DNA of 64,000 nt from NCBI GenBank assembly GCA_030747695.1, contig JASLKG010000003.1, positions 18,300-82,299 of the forward strand, written 5' to 3'. The first letter of the stretch is position 1. Each line of letters opens with the position of its first letter. The notes beneath the pieces were generated by a model. That model did no database searches. It saw only the letters and a list, made by a program, of their open reading frames with translations, and was not told the DNA's origin. Both the position numbers and the translations under genes were made by a program. Origin of the DNA: Candidatus Poseidoniaceae archaeon. Lineage in GTDB: Archaea; Thermoplasmatota; Poseidoniia; Poseidoniales; Poseidoniaceae. Below, one piece after another: positions 36,269-45,999 of this stretch.

Positions 36269-36383
36269 AAAACAATGTCACTCACGCTCGCGTGAGGGAT
36301 GGATTAATCATCCTCTGGACGGCCAATCACTAATGATGTCGGGTAAAGGTGTGCGAATTCTTCATTCTGGAGTTCCACATGCA

Positions 36384-39300
36384 ATGGATGGAAAACGGGT
36401 TGCAGTAGCATTAGTTTTGGTCATGTTATTGCCGATTTTCAGTCCAGTTAATGCAGATTCAGGCGTTGGGCGCGATGATTTTGGAGTACTTGAATCGATG
36501 GCGGATGCTTTGTTAAAGCAAAGAAACTCCGGGGAGGCAGAATATGCAAACGCAACTGCAGAAGCGGTACTTTCAGCATTAGAATCGAAAGGGCGGCCAA
36601 TTAGTGAAGGAGATGCTTTACTAGCAACAGATGGAATTATTGGGAACATAACGATGAGAGACACACAGCCACTTGAACCCGATCATCCGAGGCCATATGT
36701 CTATCTTAATGATCCAAACACGCATCCTGCTGGATGGCCAAATGATTTGGTAGATACTTTGTTTGAATTACCTCCTACTTGGACAGATCCTTTGGCGTTT
36801 GGTGCAAACACTTACTCTCTTTATGTCAATTATACATCTCGAAACAATGGGCCTCAATACGAGGCTTGGGATTATGGAACATTTACTGGAGACATATTGA
36901 CATTTCAAAATGTAGGGCTATTTGAAAATGCTATTGACATCGATGGAGATGGGTCTTCAGATATTGCTGTAGGCCTTTCAATTGTTGGACTTGGCAATCA
37001 AGGCGAAGGCTGGGGGGTTGTTTGGGGCGATGGATTAATTCCAACCATAGATTCAATTTGGGTGCGTCCAAATTTCCAATGGCGTGTAAGAGCATTAGAT
37101 CTTAATGATCCAATGTGGGATTCAATGGCTACTATGGAAGTTGCTATGATGAAGGGAGTCGCATATGATCTGAATGTGTTTTCAGGATCAGGAGAATCAT
37201 ATGCTTTAGTCATTGATTCTAGATTCACACAACCTCCAAATGATTTTCAAGTTAGAGTTGGATTGGATCAAATGACTTTAGATGTAGCAGGTACATTGAC
37301 TAGCATACTTGACCTAATTAATATCTTCAATAGTGCCGATAACTCTGCATTCGAACTGACTGGAGTTTCAGCTCCTTATGCAATACTTATCTCAAATCCC
37401 GATGCAGATAGTTCTAACCTACAAACCGATTGTAGTGATTCTAGTTGGTATGACCCAGAGATACATCATGACGCCACTAGCCGAGAACATAGATGTGGTT
37501 ACAATATAGGAATTGGATATGTACATTTTGAAGAAAAAGATGAAACTACAGGTGAAAGACCAGTTGAAGAGTTTGGATATATTGATGTTGGTTTACATCC
37601 GAGGGAAGGTGATACAAAACTTCCATCAGAAGCCGATCTTGTAATCAGAAATGACAATACAGGAGATAATTCGTTTGATAACATTGAATTATTTAGTGAC
37701 ACAGATTCAGATTTGTTCTTCCATTATTTCGAAGATAGGTCTAATCATTTAGAAGAGGGTGGTAAATATGGCAACATTACAGATTCAAGAGGATGGATTA
37801 GAGATTTACCTAAAGGAACTTTACCAACAGATGAAATTGAAGCCATCTTCACAATGATTGGTGAAGCTCCTGGTTCAGTTAATTTCCCTGGACAAATGCC
37901 TAATCGATTATCATTGATTGTTTCAATCAAAAATTTCACAGCAGATAATTCGGATAACGTAAATGATAATTCCCTTATCCTAAATCCCTCCGACGAGAGG
38001 TGGAATAGTTTGATATTAATCGCAGGAACTGAAAGAATAGCTAAACTTGAATATGTTTCAACGTTCCAAAGACATGCATACGAAGGCGATTCCTCGTCAC
38101 TTCAGGTATTGATAGAAGATTTACCAGAAGTAGTAGCCATATTGGGTACGTTTGAGATTCCATCATCAAATAGGGTGAGGGTGCAATTTGGAACTGCACC
38201 AGATTTATTATCAGAAGTACTAGATAATGTCGTTCTAAATTTAGTTGAAATAATACTTGATCTTGGGACAATATTGAATGGTCTTCCAGAGGCAATTGTA
38301 GGTACGGCTGGAGATTCAAGTGGCGAGATAATTTTACAATGTTATAATCAAGTAAAACAAACCTGGTCTGATGGGTCGTCAAGAGTTGCAGAAACCACAG
38401 CCTATGTTAGTGCCGCAATTGCCAGTAGTCCACAACCAATTTACAATGGCGATCATATACTATTAGGAGAGGATTTGGACAATTCCCAAGTTGATGGTAG
38501 ATACGTAACTGGAGATGATCCTTTGGTTCCGATTGGGATGAGTGTTGCCATTTCAGACATTTCCGGGTTCGCATATTCATACGACCAGGATACAGATTTA
38601 CGGACGATTTCATTGAATGGGCAATCTGATAATAGTCTTGTAATTGGGCATCTTGCACACAATAGTAATACAACTTCAGGTGAAATAAAACAATTTGCAA
38701 CAATTTCAAATCGTCCATCAAACTTGACAATTTCTCAACAAGGAACAGATATTTCTTATGATGCAAGCAGCGATATTGGTACTATAACTTACAGTGGTGA
38801 AGGAGAAGGACAATATAATGCACTTAGATTGATAGATTTACCTTCCAAGTTTGAATTACAACTTGGAGATGAACTTGGATTCCAAGCCGAAGGAGGAGTA
38901 GGTGCTATTGAAGTACAAATTTCAAATGCTTCAATACCACTTACTATGGATGGAGACCATGCTAGATTTTGGGTCGATCAGAATTCTGCAGAGGCCAGTA
39001 TGTCTTTGCGAATTTCAAATCTCACAAATGTACAACTATTCCCTCCCGATGAACCGGGAGCAAATGGTCCAACAGGTAATAGCAAACTGTTAATGAATCG
39101 TTCACAGTCTTCGCAATTTGGAATATTGTTAGAGGATTTATCGGTTCGCGATGATGAATTTTTGGGAATGAATGGTAGGATATTTTTGGATCCATTACCC
39201 CGTAACGTTGAATTTTCTATACCAACTTCAAATAAATCTAGCATTATACAAGTGCCAGAATTCGGTGAAAAAGAAGGGATTCTTTCACTATCATTTTTCC

Positions 39301-40982
39301 TTTCAGGGATGATTGATTTTGGAACTTCAATCAATGAATTTGCAATTCAAAGTATGGTCAATTTGGGGGATGCTTCTGATATTGCTACAAACATGAGTTT
39401 AGGTTTAGATTTGGTAACAGGTGAAGAGTTTGATCTAACATTAGACGTTAGCAAGGGGGTAAATCTTCCTACAAAACCAGAGTGGGCACATGGCTTATCT
39501 GCAGAAGTATTTGAGGCTACAGAGTTAGTTTACAATTATTCTAGAATGCCTTCATTTACTCAAAGTTCAAGAGAATTGGTAGCTGAAGTTTTGGAAGATT
39601 GGAAATTAACAGAAACCGAAAAAATCGATCTAAATAATGTCTTTTCATGGAGCGGAATAAACGAAAGCAAGGCCTTAGTTGATGCATTAGAAGATGGTTT
39701 TATTTCGAAACGAGAATCTGTATTATTAGATTTAGACCAATTAGAAAATGAAGGAATAACATTGGATCAAAGACGTTCTTGGCATTCTAGAGTCTGGATG
39801 CCAGATTTACCACCAGGCAAAATAGAATTGTATTATGAAGTTACATTTAATGAAACCTTAGTTCCTACATTTGAGATACTAGCAGCAATGGATAACTGGA
39901 CACCTTCTCGAGAGGTGTTAACGGTGATGGTAAAAGGCTTGCAGAGATCGGATAATATGTTGAAAGTTACTGGTCTTGATACTAGTGTGGCTAGAGATAT
40001 TTCATTACATATGTCGGTATCTTCACAGTCTGATTTGATAATTCCCCGTACAACTATTGACATGACGTATGATATGGGGGAAAGAATGGAAACAGCTCAT
40101 GTTATGCAAAACAATAGATTACGAGGAATACGTACTGAATTGATATTGTTTGATGCTCCTAATAGTACAGATCTGTTTTCACGAATAGGGGATATCTTAC
40201 AAGCAGATTTAGTTGTGCCCCCTGAACATAGAATTGGACAAAACGCAGCAGACTCGTTAATGTTGCAGCAATTAAGAAAAGTTGATGATAAATGGTGGCC
40301 TTCCACATTGTATCTCAGGGATGTACCAGGTGAGATGCATCTATTAGCAGCTCCAGATGACAATTTCGACATACATGAAGTAACATCTTTCCAAGGCATG
40401 TTTGAATTACAATACTCATCGAATAGTGATCAGATGGATATGTTTGTTGAAACAAAGGGCAAATCTCAGAACATTAGGGCTGACAATTTGATGTTAGCAG
40501 AAAATTTGCCAGATAGGTTTTCAATGGTTGTTACAGAAGATTATGGTGCAAGCATATCGGCTTCAGGTAATGGCGTAGAAAAATTGTATATGCGCCGTTC
40601 AAACAACCCTATGAGGCCTGGCGTTGAGTTGGTCAGTGCTGAAGTTATTGGTGAGGATTTGAAGAGTGCTGATGTACATATTAGAAAGCCATTAGGATAT
40701 CCAGTAGTCGTTATTGATGGGATTACAGGTGGTCGTATTGTTGCAACTGGTTATGCTGAAGCCGAAGTTAGTGGTTTTGACATTGATGGTAGAGCCGTAT
40801 TACTTGATGCACAATTCACAGGATTAATTCCTACAGCATCTAGTATTGGTGTAAATGGGCTAGTCACAGATTTGTCATTGATTGGAGGCCTAACAGGTGG
40901 AAAGGTTGAAACAACTCATATCATAATCGGAGAACCCATTTCAACAATTGCAGCAACTACGCTTACGGGGGTATTCGGGTGA
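36384..40982 (+). CDS. Giant (~1530 aa) secreted or N-anchored orphan protein
   Basis: Uninterrupted ORF from 36240. The most plausible start gives the signal peptide MDGKRVAVALVLVMLLPIFSPVNA (ATG 36384; alternative ATG 36333). One FG-GAP-like DIDGDGSSDIAVG motif. Otherwise no family recognised. Confidence 0.7.
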   Translation: MDGKRVAVALVLVMLLPIFSPVNADSGVGRDDFGVLESMADALLKQRNSGEAEYANATAEAVLSALESKGRPISEGDALLATDGIIGNITMRDTQPLEPDHPRPYVYLNDPNTHPAGWPNDLVDTLFELPPTWTDPLAFGANTYSLYVNYTSRNNGPQYEAWDYGTFTGDILTFQNVGLFENAIDIDGDGSSDIAVGLSIVGLGNQGEGWGVVWGDGLIPTIDSIWVRPNFQWRVRALDLNDPMWDSMATMEVAMMKGVAYDLNVFSGSGESYALVIDSRFTQPPNDFQVRVGLDQMTLDVAGTLTSILDLINIFNSADNSAFELTGVSAPYAILISNPDADSSNLQTDCSDSSWYDPEIHHDATSREHRCGYNIGIGYVHFEEKDETTGERPVEEFGYIDVGLHPREGDTKLPSEADLVIRNDNTGDNSFDNIELFSDTDSDLFFHYFEDRSNHLEEGGKYGNITDSRGWIRDLPKGTLPTDEIEAIFTMIGEAPGSVNFPGQMPNRLSLIVSIKNFTADNSDNVNDNSLILNPSDERWNSLILIAGTERIAKLEYVSTFQRHAYEGDSSSLQVLIEDLPEVVAILGTFEIPSSNRVRVQFGTAPDLLSEVLDNVVLNLVEIILDLGTILNGLPEAIVGTAGDSSGEIILQCYNQVKQTWSDGSSRVAETTAYVSAAIASSPQPIYNGDHILLGEDLDNSQVDGRYVTGDDPLVPIGMSVAISDISGFAYSYDQDTDLRTISLNGQSDNSLVIGHLAHNSNTTSGEIKQFATISNRPSNLTISQQGTDISYDASSDIGTITYSGEGEGQYNALRLIDLPSKFELQLGDELGFQAEGGVGAIEVQISNASIPLTMDGDHARFWVDQNSAEASMSLRISNLTNVQLFPPDEPGANGPTGNSKLLMNRSQSSQFGILLEDLSVRDDEFLGMNGRIFLDPLPRNVEFSIPTSNKSSIIQVPEFGEKEGILSLSFFLSGMIDFGTSINEFAIQSMVNLGDASDIATNMSLGLDLVTGEEFDLTLDVSKGVNLPTKPEWAHGLSAEVFEATELVYNYSRMPSFTQSSRELVAEVLEDWKLTETEKIDLNNVFSWSGINESKALVDALEDGFISKRESVLLDLDQLENEGITLDQRRSWHSRVWMPDLPPGKIELYYEVTFNETLVPTFEILAAMDNWTPSREVLTVMVKGLQRSDNMLKVTGLDTSVARDISLHMSVSSQSDLIIPRTTIDMTYDMGERMETAHVMQNNRLRGIRTELILFDAPNSTDLFSRIGDILQADLVVPPEHRIGQNAADSLMLQQLRKVDDKWWPSTLYLRDVPGEMHLLAAPDDNFDIHEVTSFQGMFELQYSSNSDQMDMFVETKGKSQNIRADNLMLAENLPDRFSMVVTEDYGASISASGNGVEKLYMRRSNNPMRPGVELVSAEVIGEDLKSADVHIRKPLGYPVVVIDGITGGRIVATGYAEAEVSGFDIDGRAVLLDAQFTGLIPTASSIGVNGLVTDLSLIGGLTGGKVETTHIIIGEPISTIAATTLTGVFG

Positions 40983-41521
40983 GTGACGGAACTTTTGATG
41001 AGGATATCGAAGAGATAACTGAAGAAATTGGCTTGATGGTAAAAGAAGCCGTAGAGAAGCTACCACCTCTTAGGGTTGCACTGGCAGGAGTAATTGCATG
41101 TATTTTGTTAGGAGCTCTAGCTTCTACCTGGTATTGGGTAATTCCTCGTGATGATGTTGAAATAGAAACAGTATACATGCAAAGAACTGGACATATAATT
41201 CTAACAGAGATAATCAATGATGGTAGTAGAGCCATCAATGATGTACAATTAGATGTAGAGTTATTATCTCTTGATGATGAAGTACTTGGTAGTATTTCAG
41301 TTTCATTCGACTCAATACCGAGCCATACTAGTATATCAGGCAATGAAATGGAATTGATTGTCCGAGGCCACACTGTATGGGCAGACTATGTTTTGCAGAT
41401 AACAGTTCAATGGACAGATTTCAATTCAAATGAACATATTAAGCAGTATAGGCATGATATTGGTGAAACGGCATATGAGACATTCAAGGATGATCCAGAC
41501 TCAACTACGTGGTTTCTTTGA
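40979..41521 (+). CDS. N-terminally anchored 180-aa protein with an acidic cytoplasmic head and a beta-rich ectodomain
   Basis: GTG start overlaps the upstream stop (GTGA). TM helix VALAGVIACILLGALASTWYWVI. Confidence 0.6.
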   Translation: MSDGTFDEDIEEITEEIGLMVKEAVEKLPPLRVALAGVIACILLGALASTWYWVIPRDDVEIETVYMQRTGHIILTEIINDGSRAINDVQLDVELLSLDDEVLGSISVSFDSIPSHTSISGNEMELIVRGHTVWADYVLQITVQWTDFNSNEHIKQYRHDIGETAYETFKDDPDSTTWFL

Positions 41522-44500
41522 TTCCCGGAGTACAAACTCCTAAAGCGGTTCTTCCACGGCCTACGGCCGTGCGAAGAGTCTTGTTGATGCTAAGCATCTT
41601 GTTACTTTCGAGTATTCCGATGTATTCACCTTCAATCGATTCAACATCAGACGACGGTGTACAATGGATAAGATTTGATCTTCCTGAAGATTCAATGAAG
41701 GGACTTGTTGGTGAATTAGATCAATCACTTTCTCTTGAAACACGGCCTGTAATTGCACACTCACGTTTAGGAGTACACGATATATCAGGTGTATTATTTC
41801 ATCAAGAAATACCGGATGAATTATTGGTTATGAGGCCTGATTTATCTTTGGTGTTGATAGATTCCGAGTATCGGTTTGCCGAAGTAAGATCTCAAATTGA
41901 TGATATTCAAGGGATTTCTGTTAGAGAATTTATTGCTCCATCGGGATTGCTAGTCCAAGGTACCCAATATGCACTTTCCAAACTATCAAATACACCAGGA
42001 GTTGTTTCAATGCAACCAGTACCAATTGCGATGTTAATCGACCTTTCAATTTTTGAAATAGATGTGGGGCAATCAGTAAGAATTGAATCATGGCGTGCTG
42101 AAGGTATGCTTCCAGGCGTTGATGAATACGATGAAATGGGAATGAGACTTCATCAAAGTATTTCCAAAGTAGCATCCCAGATGTTGTCAGATTCATATAT
42201 GGCAGAAACTGGAAAGTTTGACGGCATCATGGTAGAAGAAATAAGTCGTATTGCTTCAGAACCTTCAGTGGCATGGATAGGGCCGCAACCCCTATTCCAA
42301 TTATTCAATGATCAAGCTCGAAATCATATGAATATCAATGCAATGGTATCGTATTATACTACTGATTTAGATGGCTCTGGTCAGATTGTTGCAGTTGCAG
42401 ACTCAGGTCTTGATGAAGATCATGGTGATTTTGGTAGTCGTGTTATTGGTAATGTCGATGTTATAGGAGACGGCTCAACAGCTGATGCACATTCAGGCCA
42501 TGGAACTCATGTTTCATGTTCAGTATTGGGTGATGGATCAAGGGGTAGTTATTCAGGAGTGGCACCAAAGGCTGAATTATATTTTCAAGCAATGGAGAAT
42601 GATAATAGCGGTAATTTTCAATGGGCCAGCATTAACAATATGCTGAACACTGCTTACAGTCAAGGTGCACGAACTCATACTAATTCATGGGGCTCCCCTT
42701 CTTTTGGAGAATATACTTCAGAATCTGAAGATGTTGATGATAGGGCTAGATATTATGACCAATATTACAGTGGTAGAGAAGGATTGACAATTTTATTTGC
42801 TGGTGGAAACGATGGCCCAGATAGTGGTTCAATTCATTCCCCCGGAACAGCCAAGAATACGATAACAGTTGGTAATTCACAAAATAGATATTCGGGTGCT
42901 CCAAATTCTATAATGGATAGTTCGGGTAGAGGTCCAGTGGATGATGGCAGAATCAAACCAGACATTCTTGCGCCTGGAGGGTATGTAAGGTCTTGTAGGG
43001 CTCAAGAAGCAACTGATACGGGGGGTGCATCTTGGTCAAACAATTGGTATTTAGAATACTCAGGGACTTCTATGGCAACACCAAATGCAGCAGGAACTGC
43101 AGCATTAATTCGAGAATATATTACTGAAGTAGCACAACGCCCAGAGCCACAAGGAGCACTTGTCAAAGCTTTGATGATTCTCGGAGCACAAGATGTAGGA
43201 ACTCGTGACATACCAAATATGGATGAAGGATGGGGCAGGATTGATCTAAAAGCAACATTAGCTCCAAATAATGGCCGTGGAATATGGGTTGATGATAGGT
43301 CAGTGTTGTCATCAACAGGGAATACTAAATCCTATTCATTCAATATTACAACATCGAATCAACCATTCAAAGTTGTATTAGCTTGGTCTGATGAAAGAGG
43401 TTCTAGATTTTCAAATACTCAACTTGTAAATGATTTAGATCTAACAGTAACAGACCCTTCAGGAAATGAATACAAAGGAAATGTGTTCAGTCAAGGAAGA
43501 TCAACACAAGGTGGTTCATATGATGATTTGAATAACGTTGAAGTTGTATTGGTGGATCAAGCACAAATTGGATTGTGGTCGGTAGTAGTCAGAGATGCAG
43601 GACATAGTGGATCAAAGGCACAACCCTTTGCAATAGCAGTTTCAGGTGTAGGAGTAAATGATTTGCGACCAGACCCAGCGCCTGTTGCAGACTCTTTTGA
43701 AATTGATATAGCAATACCTCAAGTGGGCGATGATGTCTTTGTTGAGATGAATATAGAGAATCTTGGAAATGTTGTTGCAGAGTCTGTAGAAGTAATTTTT
43801 CAAGAAGAGGGAGTACATCTTGACACACAAACTGTAGATATTGGTCCGGGTGGAACACGGGTATTGTTTTGGAATTGGCAACCTCAGACCGCTGGTTCAA
43901 GAACACTGACTTTCTTAATTGATAGTAGTGATAACATTGATGAAATCAACGAAGGAAATAATAGATTTGATACTATAGTTAATGTAACAACTCCTGGAGT
44001 CCGAATTGAATCTGATAATCCATCAATTTCGTTGATAGACATAGAATCTGAAAGGTCATCATGGCAGGTTGTATTGACAAATACAGCATTACTTACAACA
44101 AACGCCTCAATTTCATCAACATCAGTGAGGTCTTCTGATGGTATAGATTTGAGTTGGTATGTTGGTTTAGATGCAACTAATTTTGAATTAAATGGCCAGC
44201 AATCTGTATTGATTAATGTTTCATTAGTGCATCCAAAAGGGCCTAATCCAGGAACTTATACAATTTCTCTATTAGGTGAAGATGTAGATAATGGGGTTTC
44301 TTCACCATTTGATTTGACTCTTGAGGTAGGAACCTTAGCAAAAACTAGTCTTGAATTAGATTATCAGAAGATTCCAGTTCATCCTAAAAACCCTACATCT
44401 ATTGATGTTAAGTTGAACAATTTAGGAAACGATGCATTAGGTTATGATTTATTTTTGGAATCACCCCCTGGATGGCATTCTGGATTTTACAATCTGTCTT

Positions 44501-45972
44501 CACAAGGTGGAGCAAATTCTGCATCTACTGGATTAATGTTGAAAGATGGAGATATAGCAATTGGAATCCAATTCGTTCCACCTCAGGTTATGACTCATGC
44601 TGGCACGGAACTTACTGTAAAATTAAGTGTAGTTTCACAGAGTAATTCACAAGACATAGTTGTTTATGATTTGCCTTTAGAGGTTGAAGAATTGAAGGAA
44701 ATATTGGTAGATTTAGAAACAACAGTATCCTCAGTTATGCCAGGTAATACAGTAGCATTACAATTCACAGTTGAAAATAGAGGGAATATAGATTTAGATT
44801 TGTATCCAAGTTTGCAATTACCGTTTGGTTGGACACAGAATACAGAAGTGAATGATTTCACGTTGTCTTGGACACAAAGCCAAAATATTATGATTTCAAT
44901 TACTGCTTTAGACACTGCACGTAGTGGAATGATGGTATTTGAAATTAATACAGCCACTGAAACATTTAGCGTTGAAAGCCAATTAGATGTCATACAATTG
45001 GCAGATCCAGAACTTACATTTGCTACTTTAGAGATAGAGGGCGAAAGCTGGGGCCATCCATTTGGTCCTGGGCAACATCCTTCAGGAGTAGCAATGAATT
45101 ACACTTGGTTGGTAGAAAACACTGCAGATACAGAATGGATGCCTAGTGTAGCCTTGTTAATGGATGACAATATGTTGGGCGAATGTACACAACTATCAGT
45201 AGTTAGGAAAGATGAAGTACAGCCATTAACTTGTACAATAATTATCTCTGCGATGGCAGACCCTGGAAGTGAACCATCATTCACTGTTGCATTAGACGAT
45301 GGCTTAGTTCGACATGAAGAAATAGTATCAATGCTAGTTGCAGCAACAAAAGAAATAACTTGGAAAATAGATGGAGCAACAAATCTGAATACAGGTGAAG
45401 AGTCAATATTACAAGTTACTATAACCAATATTGGAAATACGCCAATTTCACATACATTACAAATCACCCCTCCTAGTGGATGGTCAGTAATTGTTGATGG
45501 AGATGATCTAATTTCATTAGAAGCAGGTCAATCAATAAAGTTAAGATTACAAATTAATCCTTCAAAATCGGGTGATGGAGAATTGATAATTAGGCTAACA
45601 GAATCAGAAGATGTAATTGGTTCTGAATACAAATTAGATATGTCTTCCAAAGGCGAAGAAGTGATTGAAGAATCTGGAGGAATTATGTTTGTAGTTTTTG
45701 GCAGCATCTCCTTAATTGTAATCATTATGCTAGTTAGTTTGATGATAATTAGGCGTAGAGACCCAAAAACAATCCCTCAAATTGCACCAAGTGCCAATTT
45801 CTTCCAAAAATCCGCGGAAAATACAGAAACGCCTTGCTGGCATTGCCGACAACCGATTATTTCCGATATGATAGCATGCCCTGCCTGTGGAGCTAGGTAT
45901 CATTCGGCTTGCAGTGTCCCGAAATGTAAGAACTGTAGTGCTAATAAATCTACGTTTGTTATTGTAAAGTGA
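41509..45972 (+). CDS. Membrane-anchored S8 subtilisin-family serine protease with CARDB/NEW3-like modules and a cytoplasmic zinc-ribbon tail
   Basis: Catalytic triad motifs VAVADSGLD (Asp codon 42400), HGTHVS (His codon 42499) and GTSMATPNAAG (Ser codon 43069). At least 5 modules with an N-x-G-N signature. TM helix, then CWHCRQPI...CPACG...CKNCS. Exact start uncertain. Confidence 0.88.
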   Translation: MVSLIPGVQTPKAVLPRPTAVRRVLLMLSILLLSSIPMYSPSIDSTSDDGVQWIRFDLPEDSMKGLVGELDQSLSLETRPVIAHSRLGVHDISGVLFHQEIPDELLVMRPDLSLVLIDSEYRFAEVRSQIDDIQGISVREFIAPSGLLVQGTQYALSKLSNTPGVVSMQPVPIAMLIDLSIFEIDVGQSVRIESWRAEGMLPGVDEYDEMGMRLHQSISKVASQMLSDSYMAETGKFDGIMVEEISRIASEPSVAWIGPQPLFQLFNDQARNHMNINAMVSYYTTDLDGSGQIVAVADSGLDEDHGDFGSRVIGNVDVIGDGSTADAHSGHGTHVSCSVLGDGSRGSYSGVAPKAELYFQAMENDNSGNFQWASINNMLNTAYSQGARTHTNSWGSPSFGEYTSESEDVDDRARYYDQYYSGREGLTILFAGGNDGPDSGSIHSPGTAKNTITVGNSQNRYSGAPNSIMDSSGRGPVDDGRIKPDILAPGGYVRSCRAQEATDTGGASWSNNWYLEYSGTSMATPNAAGTAALIREYITEVAQRPEPQGALVKALMILGAQDVGTRDIPNMDEGWGRIDLKATLAPNNGRGIWVDDRSVLSSTGNTKSYSFNITTSNQPFKVVLAWSDERGSRFSNTQLVNDLDLTVTDPSGNEYKGNVFSQGRSTQGGSYDDLNNVEVVLVDQAQIGLWSVVVRDAGHSGSKAQPFAIAVSGVGVNDLRPDPAPVADSFEIDIAIPQVGDDVFVEMNIENLGNVVAESVEVIFQEEGVHLDTQTVDIGPGGTRVLFWNWQPQTAGSRTLTFLIDSSDNIDEINEGNNRFDTIVNVTTPGVRIESDNPSISLIDIESERSSWQVVLTNTALLTTNASISSTSVRSSDGIDLSWYVGLDATNFELNGQQSVLINVSLVHPKGPNPGTYTISLLGEDVDNGVSSPFDLTLEVGTLAKTSLELDYQKIPVHPKNPTSIDVKLNNLGNDALGYDLFLESPPGWHSGFYNLSSQGGANSASTGLMLKDGDIAIGIQFVPPQVMTHAGTELTVKLSVVSQSNSQDIVVYDLPLEVEELKEILVDLETTVSSVMPGNTVALQFTVENRGNIDLDLYPSLQLPFGWTQNTEVNDFTLSWTQSQNIMISITALDTARSGMMVFEINTATETFSVESQLDVIQLADPELTFATLEIEGESWGHPFGPGQHPSGVAMNYTWLVENTADTEWMPSVALLMDDNMLGECTQLSVVRKDEVQPLTCTIIISAMADPGSEPSFTVALDDGLVRHEEIVSMLVAATKEITWKIDGATNLNTGEESILQVTITNIGNTPISHTLQITPPSGWSVIVDGDDLISLEAGQSIKLRLQINPSKSGDGELIIRLTESEDVIGSEYKLDMSSKGEEVIEESGGIMFVVFGSISLIVIIMLVSLMIIRRRDPKTIPQIAPSANFFQKSAENTETPCWHCRQPIISDMIACPACGARYHSACSVPKCKNCSANKSTFVIVK

Positions 45973-45999
45973 TGTTACACAACAGCGGGCAGGCTTTTC

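Noticed and set aside
36240-36332. An upstream extension of the giant ORF that overlaps the zinc-ribbon end of the preceding gene by 29 nt.
   Set aside because: The extension (MVLTNTSNVEKQCHSRSREGW...) has no signal-peptide character. The internal Mets at 36333 and 36384 precede a textbook signal sequence, so the overlap is probably not translated.
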